Assembly (NCBI GenBank): GCA_951406725.2 | Contig: OX597815.1 | Location: 144,522,001 to 144,586,000 of the forward strand | DNA length: 64,000 bases | Reading direction: 5' to 3' | Source: Octopus vulgaris | Taxonomy: Eukaryota | In this document: piece by piece, positions 37,825 to 51,706 of the stretch | Layout: every line of letters begins with the position of its first letter | How positions within the stretch are numbered: the first letter of the stretch is position 1 | Translations under genes and position numbers: made by a program | Notes under the pieces: model-generated | The model's database searches: none | Told to the model about the DNA's origin: nothing | The model's input: the letters and a program-made list of their open reading frames with translations, nothing else

Positions 37825-38972
37825 GGTATTGTTAGGTTTACTACACAGTAAAGATATGAAGAAAACAAAACAAAACAAACTAATCTAGTACCTGTAGACA
37901 TGATGATGCAGTCGTTGTTGTTTTGTAACCCTGGATCAGTCCTGTTCTAATAGATATATGATCAAAAATACTACAGTTCAAAACATATCTTTTCCTCAGA
38001 CATACAATATACGAGCATACGTTATGCAATCAAGCCTTCCATTTTTGTTGCTGTTGTAGTGGTGTAAGAGTTGAAGATTTGGCTGTCGCCGTAAAGAGGA
38101 TCCTTTATAGGCTTATAGATATGTATTCACTTCTTTTGTTAATAATTATAAGAAAGGCATGCAGATCACAACTTCTCTTCTCAGTCAATAAGACCACCTG
38201 ATTACGAAAGATCCAAAAATGAACTACATTCATTACAAAGCAATAGTAAGAGACAGAATGAGTGAGTTCTCTTTTATGGGGCACAAAAGCCTTTGTTTTT
38301 CAGGAGACAGCAAAAAAAAAATATATATATAATCTAACGTTTGTACTTTTCTGCAGGGTAATCGTGGCCTAAGTGTAATGAACACACGTTAATTGCAATG
38401 GCGTCGCTTGGAGTGTGTGAACCGCGCCGGGAGAATATTTTATATATAAAAGTGTGCAGTATGCTTACTCTAACCGGGGGTATGTTGAGTTAAAAGAAAA
38501 GGGGTGGGTTAATTTGGTTACCCTACAGGGTGACCAAACACATAGTATGTTACTGGTGAACTTGTAGCGGTGATTCGAAACCGACTCGCTAGGTAACCGG
38601 TCAGACACCACGACCGAACCACAAAGTTTCACGTGATTGGTCTAATAAGCAACAAATCAGTGTGAAGCCGTCGCGTGATTTAGTCTTCTTGTATCCTATA
38701 AAAGACCACTATTGCAGAATGTTGAGGCAGCTGGCGGCCATCGCAAACAGCCAAGAACAACATGGCCAAGACCCTCAGTCGCCATGAAGATAGGGTAGTT
38801 GATTTCAGCAGTCTCTCTCACCTGCTCTGTAAATATTGCTGTTATTAAGTGTAAATGGCCAACACAGATTGTCTTTAAGAGCGACAAGAAATATTTCTGT
38901 TAAACGTTCGCAAGTGTTGCTCAGTTATTTCTTCACACAACCAACAATTCATTCATTAACTCAACCACAGCA

Positions 38973-39343
38973 CATCATCATCATTGTTCGACCGTGGTCG
39001 AGACAATGGAATTTACTATGTTACACCAGACTTCACGGTCCATCATAGCATTACGGAGGTCCTGTTGTTGGATGCCTGTATCCCTGGAGATTACATCAGG
39101 GTAGGAGAGTGTGCGCCCTCTGGTATTGCGAGTAGATGGCTTCCAGAGGAGAAGAGTAGAAATTACTTCTTTTTCAGCTCTACAACAATGTCCAGCAAAC
39201 TGGACTCTCCTACCTTTCACAAGAGATGACACAGGTGGTAATTTCCCATATATTTGCATTTTGGTTGGATGGCGCTTCCACGAGAGATTTTGAGCTCTCA
39301 TAAGGAGGCGAGTGTAGGTTCCATCCAACCGCCTCTCAAGCAC
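38973..39343 (-). mobile_element. 5'-truncated RTE-clade LINE (ORF C-terminus intact, (TGA)n tail)
   Basis: RLDGTYTRLLMRAQNLSWKRH...RRVQFAGHCCR...LLLWKP...RGR...DREVW is a typical RTE C-terminus; possible agcaca TSD. Confidence 0.9.
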
Positions 39344-39514
39344 AACAAAGTCCTAAACCCGTAACAAACTGAGGATCGATACCGGATCGTAATCAACTCG
39401 CCCAGGGCCTACTACTTTTACTCGCTGTGGACTTCACTGGAATAAATGGATATTTATTCAAATGAATTTGTAGAGAGTGGCATTGTGTAACTTTCCTCCT
39501 CCTCCTCCGCCTCC

Positions 39515-39549
<35 letters not shown>

Positions 39550-39704
39550 ACTTCGCCCCAAGTTTTCTCCCCATCTCTTTTTCTTCGTTCCTCTGCCCTT
39601 GTACACTTCTCCCTTTCTTTCCCTATCGCTCCATCATTTTCCTCCCTCTCACACGCCTCTCTCCTCACTCACTTCCTCTCTATCTCAACCTTTCTCTTGC
39701 CCGG

Positions 39705-40012
39705 CATTCTGTCGGTTATACAACGACAAGGGTTCCAGTCGATCCGATCAACAGAACAGCCTACTCGGGAAATTAACGTGCGAGTGGCTGAGCACTCCAC
39801 AGACACACGTGCCCTTAATGTAGAGGTCAGGGAGATTCGGCGTGACACAAGACTAGTCCTTTCAATTACAGGTATAACTCATTTTTTGCCATCTAAGTAC
39901 ACTGGAGCAACGTGAAATAAAGTGTCTTGCTCAAGGACAGAACGCGTCACCTGAAATTGAACTCACGACTTTATGATCTTGAGCCAAATACTTTAACCAT
40001 TAAACCACGCGC
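39705..40012 (-). mobile_element. Family-D SINE
   Basis: Reverse complement of the 5548 copy. Confidence 0.8.
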
Positions 40013-40468
40013 CATAACTTTCTCTAACTCCCACTCTCACTTCCCTTCTCTCTATCGTTTAACTCCCTCTCCTCTCCCTAACCCCTTCTGCAGCTCTTCT
40101 TCTCCGTCTCCTCCCCGTGACTGGCGGCTAAACGAGGACAGTAAGTCCCATCTCACTGATCAGCTTAATAACAATGAGCTGTCACCACCGTTGTTGCTGG
40201 TTAATTAATTAACCAGTCAATTAAATTAATTAGCACTATTACGCAGACCTAGATTGACCTTTTAAAGATTCAGCATTGATTTAGAAATGTCAAGATTTAA
40301 TTAATTAATTTTTTATATTTTCCCATAGTTGAGATTAAAATTTTATAAAACGTTGAAAAAAGGCCTGTGATATACATACATGCATACATACATACATACA
40401 TACATATTTTTATATTTGGTTTGAAAGATTCTTGATGTGAATACGTATATTGAAGCAAATTTTGTTGT

Positions 40469-40791
40469 GTCTTGGGAGAGTCATTACGCCAATAATAAGA
40501 ACACATGCACTGGTTCAATCCCGCTTCTGTATAATTAGTCAACTGGTGAGATATCGAGTCAATTAAGTAATCTGTCGAAAGCAGACCTTGCAGCGAGTTG
40601 AAAGTCACGGGTCACTGAAAAGCAACAGCAACGAACGAACTTCGACGGATAAACAACCGATTGATTAACCAACAAGGTGAATGACCTTTTAGTTGGTTGA
40701 TTAGATATCAAACCAATTAACTAATGATAAAGAAGTGGAATTGAACCAGAGCGTGTGTTATTATAATTGGCGCAATGACTCTCCCAAGAGA
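40469..40791. mobile_element. Foldback/MITE-like element with ~85-bp inverted arms
   Basis: tcttgggagagtcattacgccaat...ctggttcaatcccgcttc mirrors gaagtggaattgaaccag...attggcgcaatgactctcccaaga. Confidence 0.75.
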
Positions 40792-40796
40792 CTGTG

Positions 40797-40881
40797 TTTA
40801 ATCTGCACTCTTAGATAATAAAAATAACCTGTTGCTATGTTGTTTTGCTTTAACGTAACGTTATGCACGGAGTACTTTTGA

Positions 40882-40920
<39 letters not shown>

Positions 40921-41066
40921 CTGCATCAGGTAGTGGGACCTTGCTACGGGAGTTCCAGAGTTTGGGAGTGTGAAACCATCTCTTAACCACTACTATTTCC
41001 TAGTCTACACTAACCCAGAATAATAGCACTCGTTCGGATCCCAACTTTGAGTTCATATATATACAT

Positions 41067-41097
<31 letters not shown>

Positions 41098-41185
41098 TAA
41101 AGACAGACAGACTGACTGACATAATGTATGCATGTATGTGTGTGTATGTATAGACGTGTATTATTCAGATTACATCACATACTTG

Positions 41186-41245
<60 letters not shown>

Positions 41246-41407
41246 GCGCAGGAGTGGCTATGTGGTAAGTAGCTTGCTTACCAACCGCATGGTTCCGGGT
41301 TCAGTCCCACTGCGTGGCACCTTGAGCAGGAGTCTTCTGCTATAGCTTCGGGCCGACCAAAAGCCTTGTGAGTGGATTTGGTAGACGGAAACTGAAAGAA
41401 GCCCGTC

Positions 41408-41498
<91 letters not shown>

Positions 41499-41761
41499 TG
41501 TTTGTACCCCCCCACCACCACACACCATCGCTTGACAATCGATGCTAGTGTGTTTGCGTCCCCGTAACTTAGCGGTTCGGCAAAAGACACCGATAGAATA
41601 AGTACTAGGCTTACAAAGAATAAGTCCTGGGGTTGATTTGTTCGACTAAAGACGGTGCTCCAGCATGGCTGCAGTCAAATGACTGAAACAAGTAAAAGAA
41701 TGAAAGAACACAGACATATACGCGTGTGTGTATAAATGTTTATGTAGACAGAGATAGCTAA

Positions 41762-41792
<31 letters not shown>

Positions 41793-41908
41793 TTAACATA
41801 CATTCACACACACTCACACCTGTCAAAAGTACTCCGTGTTTAACGTTATGTTAAAATAAAACAACATAGCAACAGGTTATTTTTATTATATAACAGAGAG
41901 CAGATTAA
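40797..41908. repeat. ~95-bp inverted repeat pair (40797-40890 / 41812-41908) bracketing microsatellites and a SINE
   Basis: ataataaaaataacctgttgctatgttgtttt...cacggagtacttttgaca versus tgtcaaaagtactccgtg...aaaacaacatagcaacaggttatttttattat. Confidence 0.85.
41245..41705 (+). mobile_element. Family-B tRNA-derived SINE, full length, with internal (TA)(TG) microsatellite
   Basis: Head ggcgcaggagtggctatgtggtaag; B-box gggttcagtccc; CORE-like gcaccttgagcag; tail gactgaaacaagtaaaaga. Confidence 0.9.
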
Positions 41909-42063
41909 CGAGAGCCTCTCTGTACACGGTTCATGTAATGCTAGAAATAGCAGACAATCTCTCTCAGATTTGTGTGTGCGTGTGTGTGTGTGTGTGTGTT
42001 AGTTTTATGTTCAGCTATAGTAAAAAGAATTTTGCTTTAACCTGACGGGTTACTCTTTTTGGA

Positions 42064-42440
42064 AGCACTCCGTCGGTTACGACGATGAGGGTTCCAGTTG
42101 ATCCGAATCAACGGAACAGCCTGCTCGTGAAATTAACGTGTAAGTGGCTGAGCACTCCACAGACACGTGCACCCATAACGTAGTTCTCGGGGATATTCAG
42201 CGTGACACAGAGAGTGACAAGGCCGGCCCATTGAAATACAGGTACAACAGAAACAGGAAGTAAGAGAAAGTTGTGGTGAAAGAGTACAGCAGGGATCACC
42301 ACCATCCCCTGCCGGAGCCTCGTGGAGCTTTTTTAGGTGTTTTCGCTCAATAAACACTCACAACGCCCGGTCTGGGAATCGAAACTGCGATCCTATGACC
42401 GCGAATCCGCTGCCCTAACCACTGGGCCATTGCGTCTCTA
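42064..42440 (-). mobile_element. Family-D SINE, full length, with TSD
   Basis: Reverse complement of the 16763 copy; ctgacgggttactct repeated at ~42042 and ~42442. Confidence 0.9.
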
Positions 42441-42588
42441 CTGACGGGTTACTCTATACTGTTGTAGAGTACAAAAATAGCATTGACAGTAACCTCGAAG
42501 TTTTTGGTCAGCTTCATACAGACCAATGATGGCTGAACTGACCGAAACTTCGAAATCACAGTCAATAATATTCTGGTTTAAGAATAAT

Positions 42589-42623
<35 letters not shown>

Positions 42624-43476
42624 ATTTAAAAAATATATCTTGAATAGGTGACGGGTTTGTCACGGTTAGAATTTTTTTGATCATTGTGTCTGGTGGATCA
42701 GAATCTACTCCTGGTTGAACAACAACAAAAACTCGAAAGAAATCACTATTATATGTAAACAGATTAAAAGACGGCATCTCATAGACATTTTAAACGAACT
42801 TTACTATCTTAAACACCCATCGACGCCGCCATCACCTCCAGTAATGAAGCAGAGCCTCTACAAAATCACTGAAATAGCTAGAAATAGCAGCCAAACCTCT
42901 CTCAAATCACGACGTGTAGTCTTTGACATAAACGAAGTTGTTGCATTAGAAAATGTGTTCCATGGCTGAATCGACGATATGGGCATGTACAGAATGTCTT
43001 TGAGCTGGGTCACATTGGGCTAACTTGGGTCATATAGGGCTCATTATCGCCACATCATGATCACCACCACCATCACCACCATCATCATCATCTTCATCAC
43101 CACTACCACCACCGTTACCACCATAACTATCATCAGCATCATCATCATCATAGTGATGATACACGGAAGTAAAAAAAAAACATCTCGCTGTTAAAGCAAC
43201 AACAACACTTTCTGATTTGAAGCTCAGGGCCAGCAATTTTGAGTGGAGGGGGGTTAGTCGAGTGCATCAACCCAAGTATTTCGCTGTTAATTTATTTCAT
43301 CGAACCCCTGGAGAGATGAAAGGCAAAGTTTTTATCTCGGTGGGATTGGAACTTAGAAACATAAAGAGCCGGAAAGGTATTTCTTCCGGTTCTTCAAGTA
43401 AAAAATACATTAATATTAATAACAAGAGCAAAACAGCAGCAGCAACAACAACAACAAAAGCAACGACGACGACGTC

Positions 43477-43517
<41 letters not shown>

Positions 43518-43574
43518 CGGTGGTGGTGAGGACGAAAATGATATCAAATAATGAATAACAATAATAATGAGTGT

Positions 43575-43828
43575 CGAATTTTGACACAAAGCCAGCAATT
43601 GTGCGTGTGTGTGTGTGTGTGTATGTGTGTGTGTGTGTGCGTGTGTGTGTACGTGCGAGTTGATTGCTTTCGACCCCTGTGCTTTAACAGGTGCTTCTTT
43701 CAACGACCCCGAAAGGGATGAACGGCAAAGTCGTCCTCGACTGAGTTTGAACGCAGAACGTAGCGACGGACGAAATGCCACTAAGCACTTTGTCCGGGCC
43801 GTGCTAACGATTCTACCAGCTCGTCGCC

Positions 43829-43872
<44 letters not shown>

Positions 43873-44000
43873 CCTTTCTACATTAAGGCACAAGGTCTGA
43901 AATTTCGGAGGAGGGTGTAAGTCGATCACATCAACCCCAGTACGCAACTGGTACTTAATTTACCGACCCCGAAAGGATGAAAAGCAAAATCGACCCGGCA
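43575..44000 (-). mobile_element. Degenerate family-A SINE copies with (AAT)n
   Basis: Reverse-complement family-A motifs. Confidence 0.7.
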
Positions 44001-44028
44001 GAATAACAACAACAAGAACAACAACAAC

Positions 44029-44077
<49 letters not shown>

Positions 44078-44349
44078 CACTGCTCTCTCAAAAATAATAA
44101 TAAATGATGATGAGGGGTGAAGGGGTGAGCATCGACGAGTTGTAGACATCAACCAGGGACAAGAGAATATGAGCGGAGCGTTTGTAAAAAGGGGTGGCTC
44201 CAACGGCGGTGGCGGTGGCAGTGGTGGTGTGGTGGTGGTGGTGGTGACGGTGGTTGTGGGGATGTAGTAGAGTTTGTTCACGAGTTTACGGTGGTTGCAT
44301 CTAACCAATTACCAAAGTGGCACCGATGGTATTAATAGACATAAAGTAA

Positions 44350-44391
<42 letters not shown>

Positions 44392-44458
44392 TGTGTGTGT
44401 GTGTGTGTGTGTGTGGCTGTTTTAGTTAAATATTAAATATCAGTCACTAAGTATTATC

Positions 44459-44482
44459 TGACGTCAGCTTTACCATATAAGG
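44459..44482. promoter_or_regulatory. Adjacent perfect CRE (TGACGTCA) and CArG box (CCATATAAGG)
   Basis: ctgacgtcagctttaccatataagg in unique sequence between microsatellites; function not demonstrated. Confidence 0.4.
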
Positions 44483-44523
44483 TGGATTTATTATTTCATA
44501 GATGCAGTTTCTGCACGAGCTAT

Positions 44524-44573
<50 letters not shown>

Positions 44574-44849
44574 GTCACGCGCACTCACACACTTCATTGC
44601 ACGTTTCCACGTCTCTATGCAGGAAAAACATTTGCACGTAGCAACTTGTGTGAGTGTGTGTGTGTACGTATGTGTGTGTGTCTGTGAAGTATACATACTG
44701 TATTTCACACAAACACACAGAGATACACAAGTCTGTATGATTGTATATTTATGGATACATACACAAACGCATGCGCACGCACACACACACACACACACAC
44801 ACACAAATGCACTAATAAATACAAAACAGACATAGGGACAGACAGTAGA

Positions 44850-44874
44850 CAGATATAGATAGATAGATAGATAC

Positions 44875-44910
<36 letters not shown>

Positions 44911-45011
44911 GAGAGAGAGGAAGATAGATAGATAGATAGGAGAGAGAGGAAGATAGATAGATAGATAGGAGAGAGAGGAAGATAGATAGATAGATAGATA
45001 GGAGAGAGAGG

Positions 45012-45062
<51 letters not shown>

Positions 45063-45152
45063 GAGAGAGAGGAAGAAAGATAGATAGATACATAGACAGA
45101 TAGGAGAGAGAGGAAGAAAGACAGACAGACAGACAGATAGATAGTTAGATAG
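44850..45152. repeat. (GATA)n with higher-order gataggagagagaggaa units
   Basis: Directly visible. Confidence 0.95.
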
Positions 45153-46559
45153 ATGCATATACGCTATATACAAGTAATTATACGAATTACCCGAGGCCAT
45201 AAATATTTTCTACTTTACTCTTTCTGATCATGTGATGCTCAAATGCGGTAGAAACACATGTAAACACCTGTCCTTTCGTCTCCCCCATCAAAAAAAAAAA
45301 AAGGCTTTCTTTTCTTCAATGGCTTGTTAATTTAGAAAGCTGTTGATATCTTGAAATTACCACACACACACACCTCCCTTCTAATTCGGAGCCGATTAGA
45401 ACCATCACTAAGTTTTATTTTACTTTCTCTCGAAGCGAAGATGATTTCAAAAACCAAGAAGATATATTGTCTGGTATTTAATATACCTTTCTTTGCCCAT
45501 GTAATTCAAGTTTATGCTACCAGCCACTGTGAGTAATTGCTCTCAGCAAATTTTGTCACACACACACACATGGTGGCCGTCTACTCGTTAGACGAGTCTG
45601 ACCATCGCTGACCAGTAAGTGTCAGCGATGTCCATGCAAGGATTTCAAGTGGAGTACGGCTTGCACAACAATACAACGACTCTCACTTGCAATACAAAGA
45701 AGCGCACAAACAAGCGAAAGTCCAAGATATCCAGCTCAGTAGAGATGCCTTGACAATGACCAGGGGTCACTCACTTTTACTGGGGTTACTGTGTGCGCCC
45801 TCTGACACCAACTCGACTATTTTTACATCCCGCCGCTCATACATACATACATACAAGGAGAAAACTAATTGGAAGACTACAGATCCATGCCATCACTGGA
45901 ACTGTAAAAATCTGTAAAACTTTCCAGAAATTTATCAATTACATATATATGAGCCTGTTTATATATGCAACTATATGCATGAGAATATATACATAAAACA
46001 AAACATAAAAATCTGCACACACACATTCATACATACATACATACATACATACATACATACATACATACATACATACATACATACAAGGAATACTGGTGGA
46101 ATATTCCCATCGAAACTTCTGTTAACTGTAAGCATAACAGGCCGTACATAGTTGTTTGGGACAGAGAGGCAAAGGTGTGTACCATCATAGAGGTTAGCTG
46201 TCCTGCAGATATAAATATCTCTTTGAAAATCGAAGAAAAAGGGGATATTTATGGACATCTGCTTTGAAACCTCCAGCTTCTATATCCTGACTATGAATTC
46301 ATATTCATACCAATAATAATTGAAGCACTAGGCTTTGTTAGTAAATGCTTTAAAATGAATCTGGATAAACCGGGATTTTCAGAAAGAGAAACTGACCGGC
46401 TGATTCGTACATTACAAGTCTAATCTTTGAGTGGAACAGTAAAAATATGCAAGACTTTTCTCAAGTTCCAAAAGTGAATTTGTCTGTGTTCACTACATCC
46501 CAAAGATGGAGCCTTGTATCTTTGTTGGAAACCGGCTCCCATACAAGAAAAACACGATT

Positions 46560-46816
46560 CGAGTGTTATCGTTGCCAGAGTCGCCCTACTGGCACATGAG
46601 AAACAACATTCGAGCGAGATCGTTGCCAATGTCTGCTGGTCTGGGTCCCGTGCAGATAGCACGTAAAAAACACCTTTTGAGCGTGGTTGTTGCCAGAACC
46701 GCCTGACTGGCCCTCGTACCGGTGTCACGTAAAAGCACCCACTACACTCTAGGAGTGGTTGGCATTAGGAAGGGCATCCAGTTGTCGAAACTTAGCCAGA
46801 TCAGATTGAGCCTGGT
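46560..46816 (+). mobile_element. Family-C element, partial
   Basis: acgtaaaagcacccactacactc...ggttggcattaggaagggcatccag. Confidence 0.7.
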
Positions 46817-47890
46817 ACCTAAAACCCTAACCCTAAAACCTTAAAGCCAAAACCAGTACAAACGCACGAACGATGTCATAAATAACAGTGACAAACGAAA
46901 TATACACCGCCGATAGTTGTTGTTGGCAAACAACGGCAGTAAGTTTATTCAGCTGAATACACGTCACTGATTGGTTGAAATTACCGAAATACAACAACTT
47001 TAACAAAAAATAACTTCCAAAATACAGAATTTTCTCAACAACGCCAAGAGTAAAAGATGTTTTATGTGACACATTCTACCAGTATACGAAGTTTGAAAGT
47101 GTTTAGTTACAAAAAATTATTTTTTAAATCTCTCGGTCAAAAGGTAAAGATCTCAATTGGAAAGTAAAGTCATTTTGTCCTAGGGAATCTTTCATACGAA
47201 CTACTAGAGTTCACCATAATTTAAATAAGGCTTGTTGGATTTTTATCATAGACATGGCATAAAAAATAGCCAATAGCTCAATGAGTGAGTGTCGTTAGTT
47301 TAGAAACAATCCTACGAACACTGATTAATTTCCCCCAAATCAGAGTTTTTATAACTTCTCATAACTGAATTCTAAGAACCGTATTTCGTGAAAAAATTCT
47401 CTTTGACGAAAGTTTAGAATTCAAATATGGGCAGTAATTTTAACCAGTGGGATACCAACAATTATGCTTGTTCGGGCAAACGATAATTACGTCATATTGC
47501 CGCCTTTTATAACTTGCTACACTACCAAGCGGGTGGCCGCTCAAAATTTACTCTAGAGAAAGAGCAGAACATACATACAGACGTACATACAAAATTACAA
47601 AAGAACTATTCATAGTTTCATGCTTTAAGACACATTAAAGAGGCAGATTTATAGAACATGCTATGTATCTCCAAGCAATCTCTCAGGCTTAGATCATAGC
47701 GTTAGATGTGTTAAAAAAACACAGAAACAGGACGCATGAGAAAGCATGGCAAAAAATGTGTCTAAAACATGAATCTATTATTAGCCGTTTTATATTCGTG
47801 TACATTAAATGATATTTATCTCTCACTGGATGGAATACATTTTTTATTGATCCCCGCTATGATTGAACTGTAAAATTGGATGGATGGATG

Positions 47891-47934
<44 letters not shown>

Positions 47935-47982
47935 TACATACACATATACATACACACACACAGGAGGGCAATTATGGATGTG

Positions 47983-48013
<31 letters not shown>

Positions 48014-48498
48014 TTTGTATTTCATACCCAAACTGTTACATCTAATATACCTAATTTATTTATCCGCATAATTGCCTCCATATCTGCTCAACCTGATCCC
48101 TCTTATAGCCATTCTTTACCCCGTAGAATTGGTCCACTGTAAGGACACCAGAATTTAAGTGTGAATCATGTAAGCACTACAAAGTATCATCCATATTGAG
48201 AATCTCTGGATCTCATCTGTGGACTATATATATATGTTTATCTCCAGCCAAGTAAGAGATCTTTACAGTTTCGACAATTAGTTCAGTACTCAGTAGCATT
48301 GCATAAGAGTATTTGGCTGACAGGAAACTCAAAAGAAATACAAATGTTACTATCTACCTATCAACCACTCAATAAAACAAATAATGAAATATTAACTAAT
48401 TTATTCATGACGCTAAGCACGGTCTATGTCTAAAGCATGAAACAATCGAAAAGTCGACTTCATTCTGGTGTGTGTGTGTTTGTGTGTGTGTGCAATAT

Positions 48499-48645
48499 AT
48501 ATCTATATGAAAACACACACACACACACACACATATATGCATAAATATATAATGAAGGTAACGAACATAAAAAGGAAAAAAACAAAACCAACAGAGGAGG
48601 GACAAGTTTTAACAAATGTTGCATCAGCTTAATGCTTGGAGGGAA

Positions 48646-48727
<82 letters not shown>

Positions 48728-49521
48728 GTGTGTGTGCGTGTGTTTGTGTACATACATAATCGTAGATAGATACACATCTTAGCGACTTTTGCCAGCCAGC
48801 TCTTTCATATAAACATGCCAAGTTGGTTAGTGTTGGCAGAGACAAAACTGAAACGGAAAAAAACAAAGACACTCACATGGCGGACAATTATCGACCAATC
48901 GCATGCTAGAATTTAATGTATGAAATGTATACACGCTGTCTGGAACCATTCCTCCAGGATCTCTCTAATAGCAATGACGTCATCACAGCTGAACAACAAC
49001 TGCGAAGAAAAGAATTTTGGAGATGTGAGCTTGATAAAAAAAAAAAACTACGGTATCTGAAGTGCATTGGCACAGGTGGAACATGGTCACAGTTTGGTTA
49101 GATTACAAGAAAATATTCGTCTCTGTTCTCCACTTCATGTATGCTACGGTCTTTTCGACTTCATTTATCGTTCAATTGCTAAATGAGGGCTCAGGCTGTT
49201 GATTTTCACTCAAAATGAAAGTAAGGCATCAGAGTCTTAACGTGGATCCAAACAGCATCATAATACTTCGATTGCGACTGTTAACCACCAAATGTCGAAG
49301 TCCAGCCATGGATTATGGTTGTATGCATGTGAGAGATAACATCACGTGAGTTGGAAAGGAGCCTCTCAAAAAATATCTATATGAAAACACACACACACAC
49401 ACACACACATATATGCATAAATATATAATGAAGGTAACGAACATAAAAAGGAAAAAAACAAAACCAACAGAGGAGGGACAAGTTTTAACAAATGTTGCAT
49501 CAGCTTAATGCTTGGAGGGAA

Positions 49522-49566
<45 letters not shown>
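48499..49566. repeat. ~150-bp direct duplication (48499-48648 and 49373-49524)
   Basis: atatctatatgaaaa(ca)n...aatgaaggtaacgaacataaaaagg...cttggagggaaagagt appears identical in both copies apart from microsatellite length. Confidence 0.9.
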
Positions 49567-49568
<2 letters not shown>

Positions 49569-50510
49569 CACCCCATTGACTAGGTTAATCCGTCGCAAAG
49601 TGATCCATTTGCAGTTGAGTGGACTGCGGCAACGTGAAATGAAGTATTTTGCTCAAAGACACAACGTGCAGCTGGTCTGAGGATCGAAACTGCAATCTCA
49701 TGATCGTGTGTGCAACACCTCTAACCCCCCACCCACACACACACGTTGTACGATTCTACCGTAACACTTCACCTGACGAGAAGCTGTATGCATACCAGCA
49801 AAAGATCGTGCATGGCGCATAAAGTTTCAAAGTGACAGCAACATCGATTGCCAAAGTAGTCTATCGTGGATTAACAACAGGGATATCAGCTCTTCGAAGG
49901 ATATGGCTTTGCAATACAGAAGCAAGAAATAATAGCAAAAAGAAAAAGACAAACAAAACAACTGCTACACGAAAGAAATAGGGATGCGGGTAAACCTCTT
50001 AAATGTGGCGATTGATGTAGACCACTTGAAAATATCATCACAGCATTATCTACGTATGAGGTTGGAGGAGTCCAAATCATTGTACAATGCAATCCAAAGG
50101 AAAGATAATCCTGAAGATAAAGACATTACAGTGATGTTGAAGAGATCACTGATGAAAGAATGCCGGTGGAATGTTCCTATCAAGACTTCTATGAAGGCAA
50201 ACATGACAGACCAAGCATAATGATCGGAGACAGAGGAAAGAAACTATACGCGGTAGTGAAAATCCAGAAGCTGTCAATATTATGTTTTAAGGCCCTGCAA
50301 TTTTGACAAACCACGTGATCTGGCAGTTCTGGCAGCCATAATAGACGGTTCTCGTCTGTCAATGATATAAACACGAGTGCTTTTATGCATCATGAGTTCA
50401 TGCGAGAGGTACTCCCAAAGTAGATAACGCAGTATTTCGTGTTCTAACACAACATCCACATTAAGTTGGAGATCAAGCTTACCTTCTGGTATTAATACTG
50501 CTTCCGTCGC

Positions 50511-50562
<52 letters not shown>

Positions 50563-51116
50563 GAGTGAGAGAGTAGCGTATGCTATCAAAGTAACACTGG
50601 GGTACAAATATATGAAGCCCAGTATACCCATCATGACTACCCGTCTGATAAAGGTACACTAGGCACATGCATCACAACCATATGTGGGCGACATGGTGTT
50701 CTAATATCAAGATAAACAGCGCATGACCTTGCAGGTGGGGCCCAGTTAGAATTTTCTTCTGGTCGATAGCCCATCCTGCTTAAACGGTTCCTGAATAAGG
50801 GTTGTTTAAGGATGTTGAACGAACCACACGTTTCCAAAGGTGGATTATCCAAACCTCTAAGAATTCCTTTCAACACAGAGCTATGATGCTCCCCCACTAC
50901 TTCTGCTCGTGATCAGAGACGCATATATCGTCAGCCACTAAGGGTCATGCTTAGCTGTTTAAGGTCAAACAACTGACAAGCAAATCTGCGGTATTGAGCA
51001 GAATATTTGCTGTAGCCCATCTTTTATACCAAGACAAAACAATGTGCATGATAACACTTCCAATCAGTTAAGATGAGAAGCCATGAGAGACAGTGCCTGA
51101 TACTGCATCAGGGCAT
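50563..51116. mobile_element. Interspersed element embedded in (TTA)n on both sides; inverted partial copy at ~52590-52757
   Basis: gcaaatctgcggtattgagcagaatatttg is reverse-complemented at 52592-52621; (TTA)n flanks. Confidence 0.7.
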
Positions 51117-51402
51117 TTATTACTAATATTATTACTATTATTATTATTATTATTATTATTATTTAAGATTAATAAAGACGAAAAACATCAATGTCGAACT
51201 GCCGTTAATCCACGAAAATTGTAATTTTAGATCTATACTTGTAATTATTGTAAAACTGGGATGTGAGACTAACCGTCTCAGCCAAAATATTGAAAAGCTG
51301 AGCCTCCGAAAACTAGAAAGGAGGAGGCTAACTGGGAAATTATAATTACATTAATGCTACTGTGAATATATGTAAAACATTGAAGAAGCTTAGTAGCACA
51401 AC

Positions 51403-51518
<116 letters not shown>

Positions 51519-51706
51519 ATGTACGTATATATACACTCGTGTGTGTGTGTAGACAAATATTATATGTATATATTTACATGATAGCTGCAAACTCGTCTTC
51601 GAGTTTTGCCGTCGCCTGATCGAAAGTCTCACACAAGCGAAGGCGACGACCAGCCATTTTTGTGAAAGGTCTTACTTTCTTTCAAGTGATGCCTGTACAA
51701 TATAGA

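Noticed and set aside
46820-46845. Telomeric repeat (ccctaa)
   Set aside because: Only about two units; more likely part of an interspersed repeat.
49770-49810. CAC-CUGACGA...GCUG/CAGC-AAAA-GAUC-GUG hammerhead candidate
   Set aside because: G12 is missing, there are extra nucleotides after the core, and only one copy is present; possibly decayed but unsupported.
49810-50400. Purine-rich coding-like stretch
   Set aside because: Multiple stops and no recognisable domain.
51090-51116. U2 snRNA 3'-end similarity
   Set aside because: The match is too short and no other U2 motifs are present.
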